64,000 bases of DNA from Candidatus Pelethousia sp. (GTDB lineage: Bacteria; Bacillota; Clostridia; Christensenellales; CAG-138), in contig JAYFPE010000010.1 in NCBI GenBank assembly GCA_034928145.1, positions 27,882 through 91,881 on the forward strand, read 5' to 3'. The notes under the pieces were generated by a model. That model saw only the letters and a program-made list of their open reading frames with translations. It searched no databases and was not told where the DNA came from. Each line of letters opens with the position of its first letter. The stretch's first letter is position 1. Made by a program: the position numbers and the translations under genes. Positions 55,876 through 64,000 of this stretch are shown here, piece after piece.

Positions 55876-57225
55876 TTATGGCCGACGATATCGCGCGCTC
55901 TTTGTACGAGGCAGATACCGGCCTATGCCGGGGCACAGCAATTTGCCATTGCGGACGACCTGGCGCCCGCCGATTAGAACATCACGGGCGGCGCCTTCGA
56001 CACACAGCCCGGAAAAAATCGAAGCATCGCAGTCATGCGCATGATTGGTATCGGTAATCGTGCTTTTTATAGCGGGATCCCAAATGACGACGTCCGCCGC
56101 GTATCCTTCCCGGATGACGCCATAGTCCGTAAGGCCGAATAGTGCTGCGGCATTTGCGGAAAGCAGCCCAACCATGCGCTCCGGCGTAATACGGTCGGCG
56201 AGGACGCCAAAGGTATGCAGCAATTGCGGGCGATGCTGTATGCTGGCGCAGCCGTTTGGCACCAGGGAGAAGTTGTCGGCATATTCCAGCTTTTGCTCCA
56301 TGGAAAAGGAACAATGGTCTGTTCCGATCACGTCGATTTCACCGCCTTGCAGCGCTGTCCAGAGAGCGGCTTGATCCTCCGGCTTGCGCAGGGGGGGGCT
56401 TAAGATAAATTTGACGCCATCGGCCTGCGCATATTTGGCATCGTTTAGCAGCAGATATTGCATGCAGGTTTCTACGTAGACCTCCTGGCCGCGCGCCCGC
56501 GCCCGGCGGACTTCCTCTAGGCCCTCCATCGTAGAAAGATGCACGATATACGCGGGCGCTTGCGCCAGTTGCGCAATCCGTAAAAAACGCGCCACAGCCT
56601 CAGCTTCCACGGCTGGCGGCCGGCTCAGAGGGTGACCAGACGCGCCTACAACGCCCCTTTTCAGGACCTCCTGTGTAATGCGGAGCAGCACCTCCCAATT
56701 TTCACAATGCACGCCCAGCAAATAATCATACCGGCGCAGCGCGCGCAGCGCGCCGTAAATCTCGCCATCGTCAACCTTGAGCCCATTGTAAACCATATAC
56801 ATTTTGAAGGAAGATATGCCTTTACGCCCAATATGGGGGAGCTCATCTTCCAGGGCATCCGTCCATTCGGTAAGCGCCATGTGGAACCCATAATTCGTAC
56901 TGCTGCCCGCGGCTTTTTTTAGCCAGTCCGCAAGCGCGTCTTCCATCGTGCAGCCGCGCTGCTGATTGGCAAATTCCAATACGGCCGTGGTGCCGCCCAG
57001 CACCGCCGCCTTGGTATCTTGCACAAAAAGGTGGGGCGAGAGTTCCAGGTGGGTATGTGTATCGATAAAACCGGGCATCACATAGCAGCCTTGGGCATCT
57101 AGTACGATATCGGCATCCGGCAATTCGGGGCCGATCCGCGTAATCCGATCGTCCTGAACCAGCAAATCGGTTTTACGCCGACCATCGGCATTGATGATGG
57201 TGCCATTTTGAATCCGAACAGACAT
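55876..57225 (-). CDS. cyclic amidohydrolase of the dihydropyrimidinase / D-hydantoinase family
   Basis: 449 aa. PGFIDTHTHLE metal site, carboxylated-Lys context SFKMYMVYN, VHCEN, GTDHCSF, and the amidohydrolase fold. Confidence 0.85.
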   Translation of the reverse strand: MSVRIQNGTIINADGRRKTDLLVQDDRITRIGPELPDADIVLDAQGCYVMPGFIDTHTHLELSPHLFVQDTKAAVLGGTTAVLEFANQQRGCTMEDALADWLKKAAGSSTNYGFHMALTEWTDALEDELPHIGRKGISSFKMYMVYNGLKVDDGEIYGALRALRRYDYLLGVHCENWEVLLRITQEVLKRGVVGASGHPLSRPPAVEAEAVARFLRIAQLAQAPAYIVHLSTMEGLEEVRRARARGQEVYVETCMQYLLLNDAKYAQADGVKFILSPPLRKPEDQAALWTALQGGEIDVIGTDHCSFSMEQKLEYADNFSLVPNGCASIQHRPQLLHTFGVLADRITPERMVGLLSANAAALFGLTDYGVIREGYAADVVIWDPAIKSTITDTNHAHDCDASIFSGLCVEGAARDVLIGGRQVVRNGKLLCPGIGRYLPRTKSARYRRP

Positions 57226-57249
57226 GCTTGTTCCTTCCCCATACAGTAG

Positions 57250-57858
57250 CTAACGAATGAAATTCACCTTCTTGCAAAGCGCCTCACAGGCAGCTTGCTT
57301 GCGTTGGTTAAAGAGGACTTTATTCTCCTCAAATAAGTTGTCGCCCCGGCTGTCAACGGATACAATCAGCGGCCCCAGTTCTTTGACTCTGCACACCCAT
57401 AGGCTTTCCGGCATGCCGAGATCGGTCCATTCCACCCTTTCGATTTCCTCAACCGCATTGGCGGCCAGAACCGCACACCCCGCAGGGAATACGCAATGCA
57501 GCGCCTGATGATCCCGACAGCCGGCCGATGTGCCTGCACCCATAGCGCCCTTGCCGACAATCAGCCTCACACCGGTTTCCGCAATAAATTGCCGCTCAAA
57601 CTTTTCCATGCGCATGCTGGTCGTCGGCCCGATGGAAACCATCTCATAGGCGCCGTCCGCACTTTTGCGAACGATCGGCCCGGCATGGAAAATAGCGCTG
57701 TCGCGCACGGAAACGGGCAGGGGTATGCCCTCCTCGATTAACCGGCGATGGCCGACATCGCGGCAGGTAACGATGTGCCCGGTATAGTAGATCACATCCC
57801 CGATCCGGATGGACGCGAGATCCTCTTTGCTGATGGGTTCGGTTAAAGTTTTTTTCAT
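57250..57858 (-). CDS. Fe-S hydro-lyase beta subunit (L(+)-tartrate dehydratase TtdB / class I fumarate hydratase C-terminal type)
   Basis: 202 aa. ..[39 protein letters not shown].. is typical of the TtdB/FumA_C family. ATGA overlap with the alpha subunit. Confidence 0.85.
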   Translation of the reverse strand: MKKTLTEPISKEDLASIRIGDVIYYTGHIVTCRDVGHRRLIEEGIPLPVSVRDSAIFHAGPIVRKSADGAYEMVSIGPTTSMRMEKFERQFIAETGVRLIVGKGAMGAGTSAGCRDHQALHCVFPAGCAVLAANAVEEIERVEWTDLGMPESLWVCRVKELGPLIVSVDSRGDNLFEENKVLFNQRKQAACEALCKKVNFIR

Positions 57859-58751
57859 AATGATACCCCCTTGTGGGAAATAACATCATAGCTGCCATCT
57901 GCGTGGAATACGATACGGCCCCGGCGGTGCGACCAACAGCCCGTGCTGACCGCCACGCCTATGGTGGAAGGATGCCTGGCCGCATTCTCGATATGTACGG
58001 CCAGCACGGAGCGCTTGCCGGAAAGGCCCTGTGGGCCCAGGCCGATCGAGTCGATGGCGGCGGCCAGTTCGGTCTCCAAGAAAGCGCCCCGTTCGTTTGG
58101 ATTGTGCGTACCGAGCGGGCGTAGCAGGGCGCGCTTGGATAGCTTTGCGGCTGTTTCTAGGGAGGTGGCAATGCCCAGCCCCACGACCAGCGGCGGACAG
58201 GCGTTGAGCCCATAGGAGGTCATAATATCCAAAACAAATTCCACAACGCCTTCATATCCGGCGCCGGGCATCAGCACCATGCCCCGGCCGGGCAGCGTAC
58301 AGCCCCCTCCCGCCATATAGATATCCAGCGTCAGGTCACTGCTGCCAGGAACCAGTTCCCAATCAACGCAAGGGACGCATAAACCGGTATTATCCCCGGT
58401 GTTATATTCATCAAAGGTTTGCACGGCATTGTGGCGCAGCGGCGCACGTACCGTCGCCTCCCGCACCGCGGCGTCAAAGATGCCGGGCAGCGCCGATAAT
58501 AGTGGATACTCCGTCCCTACGGCAGGGAAGAACTGTATAACGCCGGTATCCTGGCAACACGGGCGATCCAACGCTTTTGCCAGCTCCTGATTGTCGAACA
58601 TGGCGTCATAAACAAGCTTTGGCAGAGGTTCGGTTTCCTGCGCACGCAGTTCCGCCAGTTTTTGGATGATGTCGTCTGGCAGCACCTTAGAGACATGGCA
58701 AATAAACCGGGATAGAATTTCGACTATCACCGCTTCATTGGTTATTGGCAT
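57855..58751 (-). CDS. Fe-S hydro-lyase alpha subunit (TtdA / class I fumarate hydratase N-terminal type)
   Basis: 298 aa. The CCQDTGV cluster-ligand motif, and GGGC.. and ..[10 protein letters not shown].. blocks. Confidence 0.85.
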   Translation of the reverse strand: MPITNEAVIVEILSRFICHVSKVLPDDIIQKLAELRAQETEPLPKLVYDAMFDNQELAKALDRPCCQDTGVIQFFPAVGTEYPLLSALPGIFDAAVREATVRAPLRHNAVQTFDEYNTGDNTGLCVPCVDWELVPGSSDLTLDIYMAGGGCTLPGRGMVLMPGAGYEGVVEFVLDIMTSYGLNACPPLVVGLGIATSLETAAKLSKRALLRPLGTHNPNERGAFLETELAAAIDSIGLGPQGLSGKRSVLAVHIENAARHPSTIGVAVSTGCWSHRRGRIVFHADGSYDVISHKGVSL

Positions 58752-58768
58752 GAAAGTGAATGCTCCTT

Positions 58769-59548
58769 TCAGGTATCGTTATGCGTGGGGTCGGGATAGA
58801 TGCATACTATATCACTGGCTTTCATATGGTCCATATATTCGCTCGGCGGCTCTTTTTCGGCAACTACATAATTCATATCGTCGAAGGATGCGTAGGAGAA
58901 CAATGCGGCTTTGCCATATTTATCCGTATCGGCCAGCAGGGCGATGTGTCCTTTGTTTTGCTGAACCAACTGGCGCTTGATAGCTTCCTCAAAATAGGAA
59001 TTAATGGTTAAGCCGCGATTCAGAGAAACGCCGGTAGCGCTCATCAACACAAGGTCAAAGGTAAGGCTTGAAAGGGTTTCGATCGTGGATGCCCCGATAA
59101 ACGAACTTGTGGCGCTGTCGTAAAATCCCCCCAGAGACACCAGCTCCAAATTTGGGTAATGGGGAATTTCCGTCATGACCTTGAGATTGCTGGTGACGAT
59201 GGTGATATTGTTTTTTTTCTCAAGATACGGCAGCACATTGGTCGTGGTAGTGCCCGTATCGATAAACACGGTGGAATTATCCTGCACAAGCTGCGCAGCC
59301 AGCGCGCCGATGACATGCTTGGAGGAAACGTTTGTTTTTTCACGCTGGCTGATCGGAATCGGAACCGATGAGGAAATAGCCATCACGCCGCCATAAACTT
59401 TTTTGATATGGCCGTTTTTCAAAAGCTCGGAAATATCCCTTCGGATGGTGTTGACCGATACAGAAAAATGGTCGGCTAACTCATTGAGCGAAACATTGCC
59501 GCGCTCTACGATAAAGGCTTCCATCTCATTGATACGATTCAGGCGCAT
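58769..59548 (-). CDS. DeoR-family transcriptional regulator
   Basis: Start at ATG 59548 (MRLNRINEMEAFIVERGNVSLNELADHFSVSVNTIRRDISEL), preceded by AAGGAG. C-terminal DeoR sugar-phosphate-binding domain. Confidence 0.88.
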   Translation of the reverse strand: MRLNRINEMEAFIVERGNVSLNELADHFSVSVNTIRRDISELLKNGHIKKVYGGVMAISSSVPIPISQREKTNVSSKHVIGALAAQLVQDNSTVFIDTGTTTTNVLPYLEKKNNITIVTSNLKVMTEIPHYPNLELVSLGGFYDSATSSFIGASTIETLSSLTFDLVLMSATGVSLNRGLTINSYFEEAIKRQLVQQNKGHIALLADTDKYGKAALFSYASFDDMNYVVAEKEPPSEYMDHMKASDIVCIYPDPTHNDT

Positions 59549-59574
59549 AAATATAAATTCTCCTTTTTTAGATA

Positions 59575-60036
59575 TCAGGGGATGTCGCAGCCGATCGTTC
59601 CATCCCGCTCGATCATGGCGATCATATCGATGCGCTTTTGGTGCTGCTGCCCAAGGAATTTTGCCTCCAACCAAGCGTCAACGATCATTTTTGCAAATTC
59701 CCCGCCCACGACACGCGTGCCGAGGGCCAACATATTGGCGTTATTATGCTCTGTAGCCATCTTGGCCGAATAGGGCTCAGAGCAGCAAGCGCAGCGGATC
59801 CCATTCACTTTGTTGGCAGCGATTGAGATGCCGACGCCTGTTCCACAAAAAACGATGCCGCGCTCGCATTCACCGCTAGCTACGGCATTGGCGGCTTTAA
59901 GCGCATAGATGGGATAGTCGCATACTTCGGTATCATAAGTGCCATAATCTTTGTAAGCAATCCCTTTCTGGTCAAAATAGTCCATGATGATCTTTTTCAA
60001 AGTGATTCCTACAAAATCGCTGGCAAGAGCTAACAT
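59575..60036 (-). CDS. RpiB/LacAB-family sugar-phosphate isomerase
   Basis: Collinear with E. coli RpiB (GIVFCGTGVGISIAANKV, CSEPYSAKMATEHNNANMLALG.RVVG.EFAKMIVDAWL). ATG 60036 is preferred over 60042 on RBS spacing. The N-terminal motif reads SDFVG where E. coli RpiB has CDHVG. Confidence 0.85.
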   Translation of the reverse strand: MLALASDFVGITLKKIIMDYFDQKGIAYKDYGTYDTEVCDYPIYALKAANAVASGECERGIVFCGTGVGISIAANKVNGIRCACCSEPYSAKMATEHNNANMLALGTRVVGGEFAKMIVDAWLEAKFLGQQHQKRIDMIAMIERDGTIGCDIP

Positions 60037-60054
60037 GGGCATCAGTCCCTTCTT

Positions 60055-60882
60055 TTAATGATTATTTATGATTTTATTTAAATAGTCAAGACTGCCGGCC
60101 GCGGCTTTTCCCCCATCCGGAATCGGCAGGCACTCTACGGATACATAACCTTGATAGGCGATATCGGCCAGCGCACGGAGCACGGCGGTGAAATCCAGAG
60201 AGCCCGAGCCGCACGCATGCCGGGTATTATCGGCAAAATGGATGTAACCAAGACGTTTTCTGGTAAGGCGGATCGCAGCGCACATGTCCGCCTCCTCGAT
60301 ATTCATATGGAAGGTATCCAGGTGCACGAAAAGATGCGCAGAGCCGAAGGAGTTTACAAAACGTAGCGTTTCCTCGGCGGTATTGAGATAATTGTTCTCA
60401 TAACGATTGATTGCCTCAAAATAAATTGGCACTGGAGCTGGTTCGTTGTAAACTAAAATCTGCTCAATGCAGGCGCGCATGCGTTCATCGCAGGCAGAGC
60501 GATTATGGATATCGGGAATTTTTCCGCGCAGGCTACCGATGATGATCCCGCTTTCGGTGATGCGAGCCCAGTCGATAAAAGCCCGGATCCGCGCCACGGC
60601 GGCATCCCGTACATCGGGGTCATCGTCGATAAAGCAAAGTTTATCAACGAGATTTGCGAGCCCTGTTGCAATGGCGGAAACCTTGACGCCGGTTTCTTCC
60701 GATAACCGCCGCACCATTTGGGCCGGCGCTTCTTCAGGCTCGCGTAGATGCAGTTCAACGGCGTCGTATCCAATATCCCGCGCGCGGCGAAACTGTTCCG
60801 CCAAATCGCCACGCAGCAATACCGGCGCGCCCTCCAAAGCCCAAGGCGCGGCGGTTACCGCCAGTTGGAACAAGTGATTCAT
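60055..60882 (-). CDS. xylose-isomerase-like TIM-barrel sugar(-phosphate) isomerase/epimerase
   Basis: ORF reaches 60924. ATG 60882 follows AGGGGG by 7 nt. Contains ..GYDAVELH.., ..LVYNEPAPVPIYFEAINRYE.. and ..HLDTFHMNIEE.., typical of the AP_endonuc_2/TIM family. Confidence 0.8.
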   Translation of the reverse strand: MNHLFQLAVTAAPWALEGAPVLLRGDLAEQFRRARDIGYDAVELHLREPEEAPAQMVRRLSEETGVKVSAIATGLANLVDKLCFIDDDPDVRDAAVARIRAFIDWARITESGIIIGSLRGKIPDIHNRSACDERMRACIEQILVYNEPAPVPIYFEAINRYENNYLNTAEETLRFVNSFGSAHLFVHLDTFHMNIEEADMCAAIRLTRKRLGYIHFADNTRHACGSGSLDFTAVLRALADIAYQGYVSVECLPIPDGGKAAAGSLDYLNKIINNH

Positions 60883-60947
60883 TTGAATACCCCCTGCATC
60901 TCTAATTTGGTCATGTTGTACCATTATATAACCGGCATTTTAACGAT

Positions 60948-60976
60948 ATCATACAACAAAATACTAATTTTTGCAA
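60948..60976 (-). promoter_or_regulatory. candidate sigma-A promoter of the TIM-barrel/rpiB/deoR/ttdAB/hydantoinase operon
   Basis: On the minus strand: TTGCAA (60976-60971), 17 nt, TATGAT (60953-60948). Confidence 0.4.
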
Positions 60977-61120
60977 TTATAACTTGCGGAATATTTCAAG
61001 TTTAATAAGTAACGAATCGCTTTAAACGCGTGCTGCAGGCATAAATATATGCTTAAACATTAAATAGGTAGGTAAATTGTGCCTTTCTAGAGAAAAACGG
61101 ATTTTTACCAACAGAACCAT

Positions 61121-61149
61121 TTGACATTTGCGAAAAACGTATATATACT
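61121..61149 (+). promoter_or_regulatory. candidate sigma-A promoter of the amidohydrolase/M20 operon
   Basis: TTGACA (61121-61126), 17 nt, TATACT (61144-61149). This leaves a leader of about 145 nt before ATG 61299. Confidence 0.5.
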
Positions 61150-61298
61150 AGTTAACAAGCAAGAATACATAAACTTGCTTAAATAGCTCAACAAATATTA
61201 TCATTAATTACCCAATATGTTGATTGGGATTCACAGATAGCAAATAACAAATATGATTATGGTACAACATTAAGCAGATTCAAGGAGGAGAGAAACAC

Positions 61299-62651
61299 AT
61301 GAAGATTATTAAAAACGCCATGATTGTTGTTCCAGATGAGAAAAAATGCCTGATCCGTAACGGCTTTATTCGCATCGACGGCAATAAGATCGCCGAAATC
61401 GACTCGATGGAGAAATTGACGGCACAAAAGCTGGAAGGTGCGGAAGTGATAGATGCGAAGGGGAAGATCGCCATCCCGGGGTTTGTTTCCACGCACAGCC
61501 ACCTCTACAGCGCGGTCGTTCGCAGCCTGCCCCATGCGGGTTATGACGATGTGGATTTTTCCTTCGTATCCTGGATGGATCGATTCTGGTTCAAGATGTT
61601 GGAGGACAAGGTCAACCGTAAGGATGTATATGCGGGCACCCTGATTAATTGCATCGAAAACATCAAGCACGGCTATACCACGACTTCGGATACCTGCGAG
61701 GGCTCTTATGCGCTTCCCGGCGCATTGTTCGAAGCGGGCCGTGCGGCGGAAGAATCCGGCATCCGCGGCCTTATGTCTTTTGAAACCACGGGCCGTATCA
61801 GTCCGGAAAACGCCGAGTTGGGGCTTAAGGAAAACGTTGATTTTATCCAGGAGCGCAGGAAGTATCCCGATAGCCGCATCCAAGGCGTCATCGGCGTTCA
61901 TACCACTTATACCTGCTCCGGAGACCTGATTCAAAAATGCCGCGCAGAAGCGACCCGCATTGGTGCGGGGCTGCAAATGCACCTTGCCGACGACCGCTGG
62001 CATAGCTTCGATAGCACACTCAAATATGGCAAGCGGTGCCTTAAATGGCTGGAAGACCTCGAGTTTCTCGGGCCGGACGTGTTGTTTTTCCATTGCAGCT
62101 ATATGAATAATCGCCTGGACCCCGAGATCATGAAAAGGCACGGATGCAATATTTCGCATCAGCCGGTTTCAAACGCGAGCTTCGGATTTTGGCCGAACAT
62201 GGTTCCGTTTATCGACGCGGGCGTAAACGTATCCCTCGGTACGGATGGGCAGACGCAGTCCATGTTTGAGAACATGCGCGCGGCACAGATGATCCACCGC
62301 ATCCGTTATGAGGATCTTGAGCTGCTTCCGGATAAGCAGATGTTCGAGATGGCCACCATTAACGGCGCTCGCTCGCTGCATATGGAGGATCAGATCGGCA
62401 CGCTGGAAGTCGGCAAGAAAGCGGATGTCGTTCTCCTCAAAAACAACAGCCCCGTTCCGGTATTTGAAAACAACGTGATGAACTTTATCGTGACCGTAGC
62501 TGACAGCGCGCATGTTGACACGGTTATCATCGACGGCAACCTGGTGGTCAAGGGCGGCGAATATCTGCTCATGGATGAAGAAGAAGTCCGCGCAAAGTGC
62601 CAGGAGCAGGCTGTAGACTTCTGGAAGCGGAATGATTGGCCCATTCCTTGA
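61299..62651 (+). CDS. amidohydrolase-superfamily protein (ATZ/TRZ, SsnA / nucleobase-deaminase-like)
   Basis: 450 aa with AAGGAGG upstream. ..IAIPGFVSTHSHLYS.. HxH metal site, ..GLQMHLADD.., ..SLGTDG... Overall collinearity with SsnA/MtaD-type enzymes, by eye. Confidence 0.8.
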   Translation: MKIIKNAMIVVPDEKKCLIRNGFIRIDGNKIAEIDSMEKLTAQKLEGAEVIDAKGKIAIPGFVSTHSHLYSAVVRSLPHAGYDDVDFSFVSWMDRFWFKMLEDKVNRKDVYAGTLINCIENIKHGYTTTSDTCEGSYALPGALFEAGRAAEESGIRGLMSFETTGRISPENAELGLKENVDFIQERRKYPDSRIQGVIGVHTTYTCSGDLIQKCRAEATRIGAGLQMHLADDRWHSFDSTLKYGKRCLKWLEDLEFLGPDVLFFHCSYMNNRLDPEIMKRHGCNISHQPVSNASFGFWPNMVPFIDAGVNVSLGTDGQTQSMFENMRAAQMIHRIRYEDLELLPDKQMFEMATINGARSLHMEDQIGTLEVGKKADVVLLKNNSPVPVFENNVMNFIVTVADSAHVDTVIIDGNLVVKGGEYLLMDEEEVRAKCQEQAVDFWKRNDWPIP

Positions 62652-62709
62652 TCCTAGCGCGGCCAGAGCTTTTGAACATATTATTTTGAAAAATAGAGGC
62701 GCAGGTAAA

Positions 62710-63942
62710 ATGAGTGATTATGTACCCAAGTATCAAGGCGAGTACGTAGGCCGCGGCAAGCATGTCGCCAATGAGGAAATATGCGACATCCTGGCGCGCG
62801 TCGTACAGTGCGATAGTACCTTTGGCCGCGAGGGCGATTGCGGGCGGCTGATCGAGTCCATTGCCAAGGAGCACGGGCTGCATGCGGAGATTATGCCTTG
62901 TGGGCAAGATGATCGGTTTAACGTTATCATTACCGAAGGAGCGGAGGGCTATCAAGGCGAAACGCTCGGACTAATGCTCCATGGGCATTATGACACCGTG
63001 CCAGTATTAGATATGCCGGAGCCCTTCCACACGAAAATCCAGGATAACAGGATGTGGGGGCGCGGTATCGTGGATCAAAAGGGCGGTGTGGTCGCATCCC
63101 TCTGTGCGCTGATCGCCATCAAACGCTCCGGCAAAAAGCTGAAAAAGCCGGTTTGCCTTGCAGCTGTGATCGATGAGGAATCGGAACACCGGGGCAGCTA
63201 TACGCTGGCCAAGAGCGGCATCAAGGCCGAATACGCCCTCACGACGGAACCGACCAACACGGTGACGTGCGAGTTCGGCTGCAAGGGAACGACCCCCATC
63301 CGTATTATAGTGGAAGGCAAAACGGCGCATGCCAGCAATCCATGGGTGGGCGTCAACGCCATCGAGAAATCCTTGCAGATTCTCCATGGCCTGTTCGCAA
63401 TGCAATTCCCGCAGATTGACCTTGGTGAATTCGGTGTCAAGCAGGGGACCATCTGTGTAAGCAAGATGGATGCGGGCACAGCGTATAACAATGTGCCCGG
63501 CGAGGCGGTGATCTGGATGGACCGCAGAACCGTGCCCGGCGAAAATACGCCCTTGGCGCTGGAGCAGGTCAAGGCGGTTGTAGAAGAAGCAAAGAAACAG
63601 GATCCCGCCATCGTAGCAACCGTAGAGGTTGCCCGCCCTGACTGGCATTGGGCCCCCATTCGCGAAAGGGGACTCAACCCTACCTGGATGAAGGATGACT
63701 GTGAGCTGTATGATTATCTGAATCAGGCCGCCCGCAAGAGTGGCCTGCAGGACTTGAAAAAATGCTATTCCAACGGCTACAACGACATGGATTTTCTGAT
63801 CAATGATCTGGGGATCCCCACGCTCGTCTATGGCCCGGGCGACGGTAGAATGGCGCACACCCCTTATGAGGAAGTGGATATCGACGACGTCTGCAAAGTG
63901 ACGGAAGTTTATTGCAATCTGATTGAAGAACTCTGCATGTAG
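62710..63942 (+). CDS. M20-family metallohydrolase (ArgE/DapE/YgeY-like deacylase or peptidase)
   Basis: Start at ATG 62710 (MSDYVPKYQ..). ..LMLHGHYDTVP.., ..GRGIVDQKGG.., ..VIDEESE.. and ..GKTAHAS.. are the classical M20 metal and catalytic blocks. Confidence 0.85.
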   Translation: MSDYVPKYQGEYVGRGKHVANEEICDILARVVQCDSTFGREGDCGRLIESIAKEHGLHAEIMPCGQDDRFNVIITEGAEGYQGETLGLMLHGHYDTVPVLDMPEPFHTKIQDNRMWGRGIVDQKGGVVASLCALIAIKRSGKKLKKPVCLAAVIDEESEHRGSYTLAKSGIKAEYALTTEPTNTVTCEFGCKGTTPIRIIVEGKTAHASNPWVGVNAIEKSLQILHGLFAMQFPQIDLGEFGVKQGTICVSKMDAGTAYNNVPGEAVIWMDRRTVPGENTPLALEQVKAVVEEAKKQDPAIVATVEVARPDWHWAPIRERGLNPTWMKDDCELYDYLNQAARKSGLQDLKKCYSNGYNDMDFLINDLGIPTLVYGPGDGRMAHTPYEEVDIDDVCKVTEVYCNLIEELCM

Positions 63943-63964
63943 AAGAGTACAAAGGAGAATAGAT

Positions 63965-64000
63965 ATGCCTTTCGAAGTGGATCTATCGGTCAAAGTGGCC
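63965..64000 (+). CDS. 5' end of an unidentified CDS running off the window
   Basis: ATG 63965 lies 7 nt after AAGGAG and reads MPFEVDLSVKVA... The frame is open to the window end, so the product cannot be called. Confidence 0.4.
   Translation, partial: MPFEVDLSVKVA

Noticed and set aside
1-64000. Search for CRISPR arrays, tRNA/rRNA/tmRNA genes, integrases, phage structural genes, toxin-antitoxin pairs, restriction-modification or other defence modules.
   Set aside because: I saw no direct-repeat/spacer periodicity, no tRNA-like T-arm motifs in the intergenic regions, and no ORFs with nuclease, methylase, integrase or ATPase-type defence signatures. The only mobile-element trace is the decayed IS at 17.8-18.5 kb.

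Overview
This 64-kb window is a densely coding chromosomal segment with about 57 protein genes. I found no rRNA, tRNA, CRISPR array, prophage or recognisable defence genes. By eye the GC content is roughly 55-60 percent. The yabE-ksgA synteny, lipoprotein-type solute-binding proteins, a Spo0A-type domain, a two-subunit class I Fe-S hydro-lyase, and HPr carrying both His15 and Ser46 suggest a Gram-positive anaerobe of the Clostridia. That taxonomy is inference only.

Layout:
- 1-5.2 kb: ksgA (cut by the window edge), a yabE-like gene, a lipoprotein class B PBP, a membrane protein, and a monocistronic 90-aa NrdD-C-terminus-like gene.
- 5.5-17.8 kb: an AraC-associated accessory locus with two MOFRL kinases, an atypical enolase paralogue, a five-gene Opp/Dpp-type ABC importer and a DgoD-like dehydratase. 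It ends at a terminator and a decayed IS1182-type transposase.
- 18.6-27.5 kb: ileS, ftsH, a PHP phosphoesterase, yccF, prs, and an orphan Spo0A C-terminal-domain gene.
- 27.7-34.1 kb: pstSCAB-phoU-phoPR.
- 34.2-36.8 kb: proX-like/proB, a LysR regulator and a small wHTH ORF.
- 36.8-47.1 kb: an arabinose regulon, ytfQRT/yjfF-like ABC plus araB-araA-araD, with divergent araR.
- 47.2-55.5 kb: a mannitol-class PTS operon, mtlA-mtlR-mtlF, followed by a PfkB kinase, a long SorE-like Zn-dehydrogenase and ptsH-ptsI.
- 55.9-64 kb: a visibly lower-GC cluster mixing cyclic amidohydrolases, a TtdAB-like hydro-lyase, an RpiB-like protein and a TIM-barrel isomerase.

The observations most worth follow-up:
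- the enolase paralogue that keeps metal ligands and the Lys base but lacks the dehydration residues, together with its locus;
- the stand-alone NrdD-type glycyl-radical module;
- the MtlD-less mannitol-class PTS operon;
- the amidohydrolase / hydro-lyase / isomerase cluster at the right end.

All homology statements come from by-eye motif recognition. No database search was run.
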